In this document: positions 36,788 through 46,781 of the stretch, piece after piece
How positions within the stretch are numbered: position 1 is the first letter of the stretch
How the letters are laid out: the number at the start of each line of letters is the position of its first letter
NCBI GenBank assembly: GCA_964410945.1
Contig: CAYPJE010000004.1
Span: forward strand, 24,240 to 88,239
DNA: 64,000 bases
Direction of reading: 5' to 3'
DNA from: an uncultured bacterium
Lineage (GTDB): Bacteria; Fidelibacterota; Marinisomatia; Marinisomatales; TCS56
Notes under the pieces: generated by a model
What the model saw: only the letters and a program-made list of their open reading frames with translations
Told to the model about the DNA's origin: nothing
Database searches by the model: none
Position numbers and translations under genes: made by a program

Positions 36788-37750
36788 ATGATGATTGAAA
36801 ACATAACCCAAGCAATCGGGGACACCCCGGTAGTAAAACTTAATCGTGTTGGCCAGGAACTGGACTGCGACTTTTATGCCAAATGTGAATTCCTCAACGC
36901 CGGCGGATCACTAAAGGACCGGATTGGCGTTCGAATGATTCTCGCGGCCCAGGCCAGTGGACGGATAAAACCCGGTGATACCTTGATCGAACCAACCTCT
37001 GGCAATACTGGTATCGGGATGGCGGTAACCGCAGCAGCACTGGGCTATCGGTTGATTATTACCATGCCGGAAAAAATGAGCCAGGAGAAACAGGTCGTTC
37101 TGGAAGCCCTGGGTGCTGAAATTGTGCGCACGCCCACTGGTGCAGCTCACGATTCACCGGACAGTGAAGCCAGCGTTGCAAAACGACTGCAAGCCGAAAT
37201 ACCGGGCTCGCACATTCTGGATCAATATTCAAATCCCGATAATCCCGATGCCCATTATCATGGCACGGCCGAAGAAATCCTGGCTGATTACGGAACCAAC
37301 CTGGATATGGTAGTAATTGGAGTTGGAACAGGCGGGACAATAACCGGTGTTTCCAGAAAGCTGAAGGAAAAATTGCCGGATATTCAAATTGTTGGTGTCG
37401 ATCCCTTCGGTTCCATCCTCGGTGGCGGCGATGATGTGCATACTTATATGGTGGAGGGTATTGGATATGATTTTTTCCCGGATGTGCTCGACAATTCACT
37501 GGTGGATTCCTACATCAAGGTTAACGACAGGGATTCATTCCTGATGGCACGCCGTCTGATTCGTGAGGAGGGTCTGCTGGTAGGTGGATCGAGCGGATCG
37601 GTAATGTGGGGAGCTTTACAAGCGGCGAAAACGCTGCAGGCTGGTCAAAAATGTCTGGTTATCCTGCCTGATAACATCCGCAATTATCTGACCAAATTCG
37701 TTTCTGATGATTGGATGATCACAAATGGTTTTTTGGAACGGGACGAATAG
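36788..37750 (+). CDS. PLP-dependent cysteine synthase / cystathionine beta-synthase-family enzyme (no CBS regulatory domains)
   Basis: 320 aa. The block [16 protein letters not shown] carries the PLP Lys, and TSGNTGIG and [10 protein letters not shown] are also present. Confidence 0.85.
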   Translation: MMIENITQAIGDTPVVKLNRVGQELDCDFYAKCEFLNAGGSLKDRIGVRMILAAQASGRIKPGDTLIEPTSGNTGIGMAVTAAALGYRLIITMPEKMSQEKQVVLEALGAEIVRTPTGAAHDSPDSEASVAKRLQAEIPGSHILDQYSNPDNPDAHYHGTAEEILADYGTNLDMVVIGVGTGGTITGVSRKLKEKLPDIQIVGVDPFGSILGGGDDVHTYMVEGIGYDFFPDVLDNSLVDSYIKVNDRDSFLMARRLIREEGLLVGGSSGSVMWGALQAAKTLQAGQKCLVILPDNIRNYLTKFVSDDWMITNGFLERDE

Positions 37751-37756
37751 GATCAG

Positions 37757-39628
37757 CTATTTCAGTGACTTCAATTCGATCATTCGCAAGATATCCATTA
37801 CGTCCAGGCTGCCATTGAAATCCATATCTCCTGATGAAGAATCCTTCACCGTTGATTCAATTTCTCCCAATACTATCCCCAGCATACGGTTGATATCGTA
37901 GTCAGACAGATATCCGTCACCATCGATATCTCCAAGTAATCCATCCGGTCCCGGAACAACTGCCTGTGCATAGATGGGTATGCTGGTTGAATCATTTTCA
38001 GCTAATCGAACGGTAACCGTATATAAGTATTCCCTGCCACCAGGTAAATTGGTATCAGTATACTCCTGCATGCCATTATTCACCGTTGCAAGATAGTCAC
38101 CATCACGCCGGATATCGATCATGAATGAATCAATTGGATCACCGTTTATTAATGTATCCGGATCCTCCCAGGACAGATGAATCGCATACCAGTAACTTGT
38201 ATCAACGGCCAGATTGGTAATGCTTCCCGGGTCCAGCGTGTCAACTGACAGGTAGTGTTTTGCCTGCAACAAAGCCTTGAACAGATTTAACCTTCCACTA
38301 CTGACGGTAATATCATTTAGGGCCGGAATTGTATCCACAGTGGATAAAATCATATCCTTGATTTTAAGTGCGCCTGTTGCAGGATAGTTTCTATAGATAT
38401 TGGCAAAATCAGGTGTAAAAACGGTATGCAGAAGCCCGATCGTACCAGCAACATGGGGGGTTGCCATCGATGTGCCCGTTTTTGTCCCGGTGGCTGCATC
38501 ATCGACTATTGACAATATGTTTGTTCCCGGAGCACCAAGATCAATGGATTCTCTTCCATAAGCAGCCGTTGACTGCAATTCATCGCGGTGGGTCGTATTA
38601 GTTACCGTAACCAGATAGTCACTATCGCACCCCGAAGGAACATCACCCTGGGTATCCACATCGGCGGTAATGTTCATTGTTGCCACCGCATTCAGAATAC
38701 CTGCTACGCCAAGGGCATCATACATATCATTCCATAACGGATAACTACCCGAATTACAATCGGCATAATTGATACCAAAACTACTATTGGTAGCTACAAT
38801 ATACGCCCCGGCTGTCCCTCCGCTGGCGTTATACAGCAGGCGCTGTTCGAGAATATAATTATAGGCCTGCATTGCCGTTGAAGTGTATGATGATGCACCG
38901 GCGACTGGCATAACCTTGACATTCCAGTTGACTCCGCTGACCTGGTTGGTATTATTGCCATCGGCCCCGATTATACCACAGACATGAGTACCATGATCAT
39001 CATTAGGAATAATCCCGGTGGAATCAAAAGCATTCCACCCATGAATATCGTCAACATAACCATTATTGTCATCATCAACCAGACTGTCACCATAGAATTC
39101 AGTCCAGTTTGTCCACAAATTAGCCTTTAAATCGGGATGTATCAGCTCACAGCCGTCGTCAATAACTGCGACTACGATTGTATCACTGTTTAGATTTATA
39201 CCACCGGTAGCTATATCCCAGGCTTCCGGGGCATCGATATCAGCATCTTCAAGTCCCCCGGTTTGACCGGAATTTTCCAATGCCCACTGGTTGCCGAATA
39301 ATGGATCGCTGGGATAAGACGAGCGCCTGGTCAGCCGATGATCATACTGCGCCGCTTCAACCCAGGGATTCGCTTGGATATCAGCCAGGGCCTGCGCCGG
39401 AGATACGGTTTGAGTATCTATTTTTACTGTAACAATATTCAATCGCGGGACAATTTCCCTATCGACCGCATAGGATAGCCGGTCGGCAGTAGCATCGAAA
39501 CCTATCCGTCCCACAACCGGTGCCAGTTTGACCAGAATTCGGTCACTGGCATATTCCTGGCCGAAGGTAATACTCAGTCCGGTTATTATCAGCAGTATTG
39601 AGATAATCTTGTGATTAATGTGGTTCAT
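37757..39628 (-). CDS. Secreted subtilisin-like serine protease (S8) with an FN3-like domain and a C-terminal dockerin-like domain
   Basis: The catalytic triad sits in VAVIDDG, HGTHVCGIIGA and GTSMATPHVAGT. The C-terminus reads GDIDGDGYLSDYDINRMLGIVLG...GDMDFNGSLDVMDILRMI, two dockerin-type Ca-binding repeats. The ATG at 39628 gives the signal peptide MNHINHKIISILLIITGLSITFG. The ORF track extends to 39661. Confidence 0.9.
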   Translation of the reverse strand: MNHINHKIISILLIITGLSITFGQEYASDRILVKLAPVVGRIGFDATADRLSYAVDREIVPRLNIVTVKIDTQTVSPAQALADIQANPWVEAAQYDHRLTRRSSYPSDPLFGNQWALENSGQTGGLEDADIDAPEAWDIATGGINLNSDTIVVAVIDDGCELIHPDLKANLWTNWTEFYGDSLVDDDNNGYVDDIHGWNAFDSTGIIPNDDHGTHVCGIIGADGNNTNQVSGVNWNVKVMPVAGASSYTSTAMQAYNYILEQRLLYNASGGTAGAYIVATNSSFGINYADCNSGSYPLWNDMYDALGVAGILNAVATMNITADVDTQGDVPSGCDSDYLVTVTNTTHRDELQSTAAYGRESIDLGAPGTNILSIVDDAATGTKTGTSMATPHVAGTIGLLHTVFTPDFANIYRNYPATGALKIKDMILSTVDTIPALNDITVSSGRLNLFKALLQAKHYLSVDTLDPGSITNLAVDTSYWYAIHLSWEDPDTLINGDPIDSFMIDIRRDGDYLATVNNGMQEYTDTNLPGGREYLYTVTVRLAENDSTSIPIYAQAVVPGPDGLLGDIDGDGYLSDYDINRMLGIVLGEIESTVKDSSSGDMDFNGSLDVMDILRMIELKSLK

Positions 39629-39657
39629 ATCGGATTTATAATCAGGTAAATTTAGTT

Positions 39658-41520
39658 TCAAGCCGTTTTAGTTCCAGAACTCTTCTTCAGTAAATATTTT
39701 TTTGCGACCTGGATCACCTGTATAGCTATTTCCTCGGTCATTCCGGTCCGCAAGGCAATTGAAGCGGGCTCATCCCCGGCAATAGTTTTGACATCAGGGT
39801 AAGTTGTAAGAAGCTTTTGTAACCGTACCGGCCCAATACCGGGAATGGAAGAAAATATTGACCTGGTTGCCACAGAATCACGTTTCTGCCTTTGGAAAGT
39901 CACCGCAAACCGGTGTGCTTCATCCCTGATCCGGCGTAATAAAATGAGGCCTGGAGATGTTTTAGGAATCGACTGGGGATCAGACATTCCGGGTAAATAA
40001 ACTTCTTCCAGGCGCTTGGCCAATCCGACTACCGGCAAATAATCCAGACCGATTTCCCGCAGGGCTGAGACAGCCATTCCCAGTTGCCCCTTGCCACCAT
40101 CGATTAATATCAAATCCGGTAGTACTTTATTCTCTTTTTTCAGGCGTGTATAGCGCCGGAGAACCACCTCACGCATGGCGGCAAAATCGTCGATTCCCTT
40201 AACTGTTTTAACATTGAATTTCCGATATTCTGTTTTACGGGGCTTTCCATCCGAAAAACATACCATCGAAGCCACAGTGTTGGTCCCGCCCAGATGTGAA
40301 ATATCAAACCCTTCAATCCGGCGAGGTGGTGTCTGCAATTGAAATTCTTCCTGTAACTGGATAACCGATGCCGGTACAAAATCGCGCTGCCTGATCCGTT
40401 CCACAACCCACTCGCTGAGTAATAGTTTGGCATTACTGACCGCCATTTCAAGCAGGTGAGCCTTTTCTCCCCGCTTTGGCAGCAGCATATTAACCGTCCC
40501 CCCACGCTTCTCTTTAAACCAGGCAATCAGCTCCTCAGGATCATCCGGAGCAAATGGCATCAGAATTTCCCGGGGTACAAAATCTCCCTCCAGGTAGAAG
40601 CGGGCTAAAAAATGCTTCAGTACCTCACCATCACTACTATCCAGATTCCGGAGACGGAATTTTTCCCGGGAAAATATGCGCCCCTGGCGAATCCGGATGA
40701 CCGAAGCCAGGCCGATATTTTCCTGACGCTCCAGAGCAATCACATCGCGATCGGTGAAATCGGCAGCGATTTTCCGCTGACGGGCTTTAAAACTTTCTAT
40801 AGCGTTCAACTGATCACGGAATTGGGCCGCATCCTCAAAATTTAAATCAGCTGCTGCCGCCTTCATGCGCATTGTGACATATTCTTCTGTCGCGGCTGTA
40901 TCGCCCTGCAATACCTGGGCGACATGATAGACCATCTTGTTATAATCCTCATGGGAGACCTGTCCTTCACAGGGACCTTCGCATTTCTTAATATGATAAT
41001 CCAGACAAAGCCTAACTTTTCCTGATATGATAGCTTCTTCATCCAGATAATAACTGCAACTGCGGATCGGAAACACTTTATATACCGCCTCCATCGTTCT
41101 GCGCAGGAGACCTACATCGGTGTAAGGGCCATAGTATTTTGAGCCATCACGGACGATTTTCCGCGTAATAAAGACCTGGGGATAAGGTTCGCTGGTAATC
41201 CTGATAAATGGAAAAGATTTATCATCCTTTAGATCGATATTATAGTGGGGGCGGTACTCCTTTATCATATTTGCTTCGGATAACAACGCTTCTACTTCGT
41301 TGCGAACTACAATCCATTCCAAATCGGTTATTTGTCGTACCATTGATATAGTCTTGGCCTGCTGGTGCTTCTTACTCTGAAAATATGATCGTACACGGCT
41401 GCGCAGACTTTTGGCTTTTCCGATATAGATAATTTCACCTTTTTCATTCTTAAAAAGGTAGACACCGGGTTTCGCCGGTACCTGCTTAAGTTTATCGGAA
41501 ATGTTCGACTGAGTAGTCAT
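39658..41520 (-). CDS. uvrC: Excinuclease ABC subunit C
   Basis: The GIY-YIG block is PGVYLFKNEKGEIIYIGKA, and a C-terminal RNase-H-like domain and a (HhH)2 region follow. The ORF track extends to 41586. The ATG at 41520 gives a typical N-terminus. Confidence 0.95.
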   Translation of the reverse strand: MTTQSNISDKLKQVPAKPGVYLFKNEKGEIIYIGKAKSLRSRVRSYFQSKKHQQAKTISMVRQITDLEWIVVRNEVEALLSEANMIKEYRPHYNIDLKDDKSFPFIRITSEPYPQVFITRKIVRDGSKYYGPYTDVGLLRRTMEAVYKVFPIRSCSYYLDEEAIISGKVRLCLDYHIKKCEGPCEGQVSHEDYNKMVYHVAQVLQGDTAATEEYVTMRMKAAAADLNFEDAAQFRDQLNAIESFKARQRKIAADFTDRDVIALERQENIGLASVIRIRQGRIFSREKFRLRNLDSSDGEVLKHFLARFYLEGDFVPREILMPFAPDDPEELIAWFKEKRGGTVNMLLPKRGEKAHLLEMAVSNAKLLLSEWVVERIRQRDFVPASVIQLQEEFQLQTPPRRIEGFDISHLGGTNTVASMVCFSDGKPRKTEYRKFNVKTVKGIDDFAAMREVVLRRYTRLKKENKVLPDLILIDGGKGQLGMAVSALREIGLDYLPVVGLAKRLEEVYLPGMSDPQSIPKTSPGLILLRRIRDEAHRFAVTFQRQKRDSVATRSIFSSIPGIGPVRLQKLLTTYPDVKTIAGDEPASIALRTGMTEEIAIQVIQVAKKYLLKKSSGTKTA

Positions 41521-41675
41521 AATCGGTGCGAGTTTATTCAGTGTAAAGTAATTGGGCAAGCCTGGAGAATATAAAATATCCGCCATTCAGCTTGAAATAT
41601 GCATCCATTCTGGTTAAAATGACTTTACTAATAACTCATTTTGCATTTGAAACATCGATCCAAATACAGCCGGGA

Positions 41676-42713
41676 ATGAAGAATTTCGATATATCATGGA
41701 ATACGGCCGCAGCATTGATGGGACCGGTATATTTCCTAATTAATGGCAGATACATTTTAGGATTCAATCTGATTGCTTCCTTCCTGCTTCTTGTATACTG
41801 GCTTCCGGATTTAATGTATCCGATAATGGTATTACTGGCAATACTAGCCGGTCTATCAGCTGATTATTTTTGTGAACAATCACTGATCAAACGCCGCCAG
41901 AGACTATTTAATAAATTGTCAAATAAGGGCTACTCGGGATCGATTCTCCGTACCGAGCTGCGCAAGCGTGAAACCAGCAGCCTCTACAATTTTACCCGCC
42001 TCTTAACTGGAGTTATAATCTATTGGATTTTTGTATTAATTATCACAAACCAAATATATATGCGATTTGAGCAAGAGACACAAACAGAAAACCAGATCGA
42101 AATCCATACATATGAATTCATTGAACGAATGGGCCGGGCTAATGATACGACACCAAATGAGGAATTATTCATTGCTTCAACCATAGAATATTTCGGGGAT
42201 TATCAAACAGCATATGAATATTATTTGCAACAGGCTCAATCATGGTATGACAAAAATTTACCAGATAGTTTTGCCGTCAGTATCATGAAAGCCTATCAGT
42301 TCAATCCAGGTGACTATAAACAGTTCTGGTTGGCAGGAAAATTTCTATATCGGCAGGAAATGCTCCTGGAGGCCGATCGGTTTCTGACAATTGCCAATCA
42401 GATTAATCCTTTCAACTGTAAGTTAAAGTCCGATCTGGCCAAATCATGCGCCAGATTATCCCATCTTTCCTTTATTGATCAGGAAACTCGCGAAATATAT
42501 GCCTATCAATCTGAAATATTCCTCTGGGATGCTAACGATAAATGCCCACGGAATGACTATATTTATAATAACTGGGCTGAAGCTTTCTATTGGGATGGTG
42601 AATATAAAAAAGCGCACGAAACACTGCAGAGAATTATCCAGATGGGCGGTAAAATAGACTCAACCACACAAGTACTTATCAGTGCTAAAATTCAAACTGA
42701 AATTGAGGATTAA
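41676..42713 (+). CDS. Hypothetical membrane protein (DUF2628-like N-terminus, helical-repeat C-terminus)
   Basis: The ATG at 41676 gives MKNFDISWNTAAALMGPVYFLINGRY. Three TM segments are followed by a TPR-like Tyr/Trp-rich region. The ORF track starts at TTG 41592. Confidence 0.5.
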   Translation: MKNFDISWNTAAALMGPVYFLINGRYILGFNLIASFLLLVYWLPDLMYPIMVLLAILAGLSADYFCEQSLIKRRQRLFNKLSNKGYSGSILRTELRKRETSSLYNFTRLLTGVIIYWIFVLIITNQIYMRFEQETQTENQIEIHTYEFIERMGRANDTTPNEELFIASTIEYFGDYQTAYEYYLQQAQSWYDKNLPDSFAVSIMKAYQFNPGDYKQFWLAGKFLYRQEMLLEADRFLTIANQINPFNCKLKSDLAKSCARLSHLSFIDQETREIYAYQSEIFLWDANDKCPRNDYIYNNWAEAFYWDGEYKKAHETLQRIIQMGGKIDSTTQVLISAKIQTEIED

Positions 42714-42717
42714 TTTC

Positions 42718-43521
42718 ATGCCCGTCAAATTGTTAATTAGCAGAATACTATTAACGCTCCTGTTGTTGATTACCGGCATAGTCAGTGCTCAAGCAATTGA
42801 TAGTAATGGTAATACTCTAAGAATAATGACCTTCAATATTTATCATGGGGCAACCATGAAAGGTGACTACGACCTGGATCATATCGCAGGCGTAATCAAT
42901 ACGTACAAGCCAGATCTGGTAGCGCTTCAGGAAGTCGATCGGAACACTAATCGTTGCGGGAATCTTGACCTGGCACAGGAGTTGGAACAAAGAACCGACA
43001 TGTATTATTTATTCGGTAAGGCAATGAATTTTGATGACGGTCAATATGGAGTGGCTGTACTTTCGCAGACACCGATCCATAACCATCAGAATCATCCCCT
43101 GCCCCATCAAAAAGGCAACGAGCCCCGCACCGCCCTGATGATCACTACAATAATCTCACCCGGAGATACAATATCCTTTGTCTGCACCCATCTTGATTAT
43201 AAACCGGATGATTCAGAAAGGATTGAACAGGTCCGGGACATTAACCAAATATTGCTTCCAGCGCGATACCCGATCATATTAGCCGGCGACCTGAACGATA
43301 CTCCCGGCAGCAGGCCAATTTCCATTCTAGAACAGCAGTGGGAGTCTACCTATGACAATAATAATCCCAAACCGACTTTTCCGTCCCACCAGCCTGCAAG
43401 GAAAATTGATTATATCATGTTTGCGCCACTTAATTACTGGCACACCAGTAGTTCTACAGTCATCCCGGATTCAGTAGCATCCGATCATTGTGCCTACCTG
43501 GTTGAACTTGCACGCAATTAA
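42718..43521 (+). CDS. Secreted endonuclease/exonuclease/phosphatase (EEP) family protein
   Basis: Signal peptide MPVKLLISRILLTLLLLITGIVSAQA. Motifs RIMTFNIYHG, ALQEVD, GDLND and SDHCAY are present. GAGGA lies 8 nt upstream of the ATG. Confidence 0.8.
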   Translation: MPVKLLISRILLTLLLLITGIVSAQAIDSNGNTLRIMTFNIYHGATMKGDYDLDHIAGVINTYKPDLVALQEVDRNTNRCGNLDLAQELEQRTDMYYLFGKAMNFDDGQYGVAVLSQTPIHNHQNHPLPHQKGNEPRTALMITTIISPGDTISFVCTHLDYKPDDSERIEQVRDINQILLPARYPIILAGDLNDTPGSRPISILEQQWESTYDNNNPKPTFPSHQPARKIDYIMFAPLNYWHTSSSTVIPDSVASDHCAYLVELARN

Positions 43522-43589
43522 TTCTCTGCTGCATATACTTGTTGTTCCTAACTTCCGCCCCACGATTCACCTAAACAACTCTGCAATCA

Positions 43590-44111
43590 ATGAAGAAATC
43601 AAATATTGTACTGATCGGAATGCCCGGAGCCGGGAAAAGCACAATTGGTGTTATCCTGGCCAAACAATTATCATTTGAATTTGTCGATACTGATATCCTG
43701 ATCCAAACGGTCCACGAACGTTTATTGCAGGATATTGTCGATAACGATGGACATTTTGCCTTGCGCAAAATTGAAGAGGATATTCTTTGTGGCCTGAACC
43801 TTCAACACCATGTGATAGCCACCGGAGGAAGTGCAGTCTACAGTCAGGCAGCCATGGAGCATCTAAGCGAAAGCAGCATCACTGTATTCCTGGATGTCAG
43901 TTTGAATTCTTTAAAACAACGGATCAATAATTACGAAACCAGAGGCCTGGCCAAACACCCGGATCAGAGTTTCCAGGAATTATTCGAAGAACGTACTATT
44001 CTGTACAATAAATATGCTGACCTGGTGATCAAATCTGATAATATTGCCCAGGAAAAAGCTTCAGAATTAATTGCACAGAAACTGAGTAAAGCTGGCTTAC
44101 AGCAGCTTTAA
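43590..44111 (+). CDS. aroK: Shikimate kinase
   Basis: 173 aa. The P-loop is GMPGAGKST and the FVDTD motif is present. Confidence 0.9.
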   Translation: MKKSNIVLIGMPGAGKSTIGVILAKQLSFEFVDTDILIQTVHERLLQDIVDNDGHFALRKIEEDILCGLNLQHHVIATGGSAVYSQAAMEHLSESSITVFLDVSLNSLKQRINNYETRGLAKHPDQSFQELFEERTILYNKYADLVIKSDNIAQEKASELIAQKLSKAGLQQL

Positions 44112-44515
44112 CCTTTCTTCTGGGCCAGTTCCAGTAAAACACCGCCACTTTTCTGGGGATGAATAAAATTAATCAGGAATCCCTCCGCGCCGATCTTAGG
44201 CTCATCATAAATCAGGCTGATACCCCTTTTCTCCAGCTCCTGCATTGCCGCTTTAATATCGGCCACTTCCAAACAGATATGGTGAATACCCGGGCCATTC
44301 TTCTTTAAATACTTAGCAATCGGGCTATCATCATTAAGACTGTTCAGCAGTTCAATCTTTCCTCGGTCAGTTTTATAGATCGACGTCTCAACACCCTGTT
44401 CGGTAATGGTTTCCTTGACGGGATCTGATATCCCAAAAATTACGTTCCAGAATTGCCCGGCCTCAGAATCACTGCTAACGGCAATACCTATATGTTCGAT
44501 ACCCAGGATTTCCAC
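44108..44515 (-). CDS. mce: Methylmalonyl-CoA epimerase (VOC/glyoxalase family)
   Basis: 135 aa. The blocks IEHIGIAV and GPGIHHICLEV are present, and the gene is adjacent to a crotonase gene. Confidence 0.8.
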   Translation of the reverse strand: MEILGIEHIGIAVSSDSEAGQFWNVIFGISDPVKETITEQGVETSIYKTDRGKIELLNSLNDDSPIAKYLKKNGPGIHHICLEVADIKAAMQELEKRGISLIYDEPKIGAEGFLINFIHPQKSGGVLLELAQKKG

Positions 44516-44520
44516 TGATT

Positions 44521-45291
44521 CTATTTCCTGAAGTCCGGATTTCTTTTCTCAATGAAGGCTTTTGTGCCCTGTTTCATTTCCGGTGTTTCGAAGAGGCTGC
44601 TGAAAGCATGGAGTTCATATTTCAATCCTTCTTCAAGCGTCATATCCATACCTTTTCGAATACATTCCAGTGCCACCGTGATCGCTTCCGGTCCATTAGA
44701 CAGGATTCGCTGGGCCAATTTTGTTACCGTCGTTATCAATTCGGTCTGGGGAACAACTTGCTCAACCAGTCCGATCCGGAGCGCTTCATCAGCTTTGATA
44801 TTGCCCCCACCGGTGATCATTTCAATCGCCTTACCTTTGCCAACCAACCGTGCCAGTCGCTGGGTACCACCCCAGCCAGGGATCAATCCCAGATGCACTT
44901 CCGGTTGCCCGAAGATTGCATTATCGCTGGCAATTCTGATATGACAGGCCAGACTGATTTCCGTTCCCCCACCCAAAGCGAAACCGTTAATGGCAGCAAT
45001 GACCGGCTTATGCGATTTTTCGATCAGGCACAACAGATGATGTGCCAAACCACCAAATTCCAACGCTTGTTTTGGTGTCATCTCCGACATGGCCTTAATG
45101 TCGGCACCGGCAACAAATGATTTTTCTCCCGCCCCGGTAATAATTATTACTCCAATATCATCATCGGCCAGACAATCATCAAGTGCTGCCTGCATTCCAT
45201 TCAGCAACTCCAGATTCATGGCATTCAACGCCTCGGGCCGGTCAACAATAATCGTGGCAAATTGATTGGTTTTCTTTATCTGAATCGGCAT
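44521..45291 (-). CDS. Enoyl-CoA hydratase (crotonase family)
   Basis: 256 aa. Motifs ITGAGEKSFVAGADI and AINGFALGGGTE are present. Confidence 0.88.
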   Translation of the reverse strand: MPIQIKKTNQFATIIVDRPEALNAMNLELLNGMQAALDDCLADDDIGVIIITGAGEKSFVAGADIKAMSEMTPKQALEFGGLAHHLLCLIEKSHKPVIAAINGFALGGGTEISLACHIRIASDNAIFGQPEVHLGLIPGWGGTQRLARLVGKGKAIEMITGGGNIKADEALRIGLVEQVVPQTELITTVTKLAQRILSNGPEAITVALECIRKGMDMTLEEGLKYELHAFSSLFETPEMKQGTKAFIEKRNPDFRK

Positions 45292-45308
45292 CTCATCCCT
45301 CCGCTAAA

Positions 45309-46781
45309 TCAGGTACGCCAGAAAGTGCGACTGAAAATGACCATCACAGTGTATATTTCCAGTCGGCCCAGTAACATACAGAATGACAACAGCCATTTCC
45401 CCAATGGATGTAACAGGGCATAATTGTCGGTTGGACCAAAATCACCCAAAGCCGGGCCGATATTCCCCAGGGCTGATGCGGCTGCACCGATCGATGATTG
45501 AATATCCCAGCCCAGGGCTGTCAGTACAATCGATGTCAATGCGAATATCATTAAATAAAACATGAAAAAGCCAATCGTATTCCGGATAATATCCTCACTG
45601 ATATACCGTCGGCCGATCCTGATTGGGAAAATGGCCCGGGAATGCAGCATCCGCCGTGTTTCCAGCAAAATATATTTTACAATCAGCATGATACGGACGA
45701 TTTTCATCCCACCGCCAGTCGAGCCGCCCATTCCACCCACAAACATCATGAGAAATAATAACAATTGGGCAAAGTATACCCAGGTTTCATAGTCGGCCGT
45801 ACCATATCCGGTGGTAGTCACAATCGAAACTGTCTGAAAAAGTGAATCTCTGAAATTGATTGAATTCCAGCTCCCGCTGTCAGCACTGACACTCAGGAAA
45901 ATGAAAAATGTGACCAGCGCTATCAATCCGAAATAATTTAAAAATTCCTTATCCCTGAAATAAGCTTTCAGATTACCAGACAATGCTCTGAAATGCAGGC
46001 TGAAGTTGATCCCTGCCATGAACATGAAAAATATTATGATATAGTGAATGGTCGAGCTGTCATAATGCCCGATGCTGGCATTCTTGGTTGAAAAGCCACC
46101 GGTAGGCATGGTGGTAAAAGTATGGCAGACAGAATCAAATAGACTCATCCCGGCAAACAACAGCAGGATAATCTCCGCCATGCTGATTCCCAGATAGACC
46201 AGCCAGAGAATCTTGGCTGTTTCACGAACCCGCGGACGAATCTTGTCGGCCACCGGACCCGGTACCTCCGCCTTGAACAACTGAACGCCCCCCATTCCAA
46301 GCAGTGGAAGGATTGCGATATAAAAGACAATGATTCCCATTCCGCCGATCCATTGGATAAATGAACGCCAGTACAGGGTGGCCATCGGCAGGCTTTCGAT
46401 CCCATTGGGCAGGTGGGGCAGGTTGACCGGACTGCCGATAATGGTAGCACCGGTGGTCGTGACTCCCGACATCGATTCAAAGAAAGCATCGGTAAAATTG
46501 GGGATCATTCCACTAAGTATGAATGGCAGAGAACTCACCAGCGCCGTTGTAATCCAGGCAAAAGTGACGACCGCAAAGCCGTCCTTGATCGTAAGTTTTT
46601 TATTCTTTCGCGATACAAGCCACACCGGGATTCCAAAGACCAGGCACAGTGCTGAAGACTGGATGAAGCCCATCAGATCCGGTTCATGATTGAACCAGGC
46701 AATCAGGATTGGCGCTATCATAGCCACACCCAACATAACAACCAGGATGGCCAGAATATTGATCGTAGTTTTTACATTCAT
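45309..46781 (-). CDS. trkH: Potassium uptake protein TrkH
   Basis: 490-aa polytopic protein. It overlaps trkA by 4 nt. Confidence 0.9.
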   Translation of the reverse strand: MNVKTTINILAILVVMLGVAMIAPILIAWFNHEPDLMGFIQSSALCLVFGIPVWLVSRKNKKLTIKDGFAVVTFAWITTALVSSLPFILSGMIPNFTDAFFESMSGVTTTGATIIGSPVNLPHLPNGIESLPMATLYWRSFIQWIGGMGIIVFYIAILPLLGMGGVQLFKAEVPGPVADKIRPRVRETAKILWLVYLGISMAEIILLLFAGMSLFDSVCHTFTTMPTGGFSTKNASIGHYDSSTIHYIIIFFMFMAGINFSLHFRALSGNLKAYFRDKEFLNYFGLIALVTFFIFLSVSADSGSWNSINFRDSLFQTVSIVTTTGYGTADYETWVYFAQLLLFLMMFVGGMGGSTGGGMKIVRIMLIVKYILLETRRMLHSRAIFPIRIGRRYISEDIIRNTIGFFMFYLMIFALTSIVLTALGWDIQSSIGAAASALGNIGPALGDFGPTDNYALLHPLGKWLLSFCMLLGRLEIYTVMVIFSRTFWRT

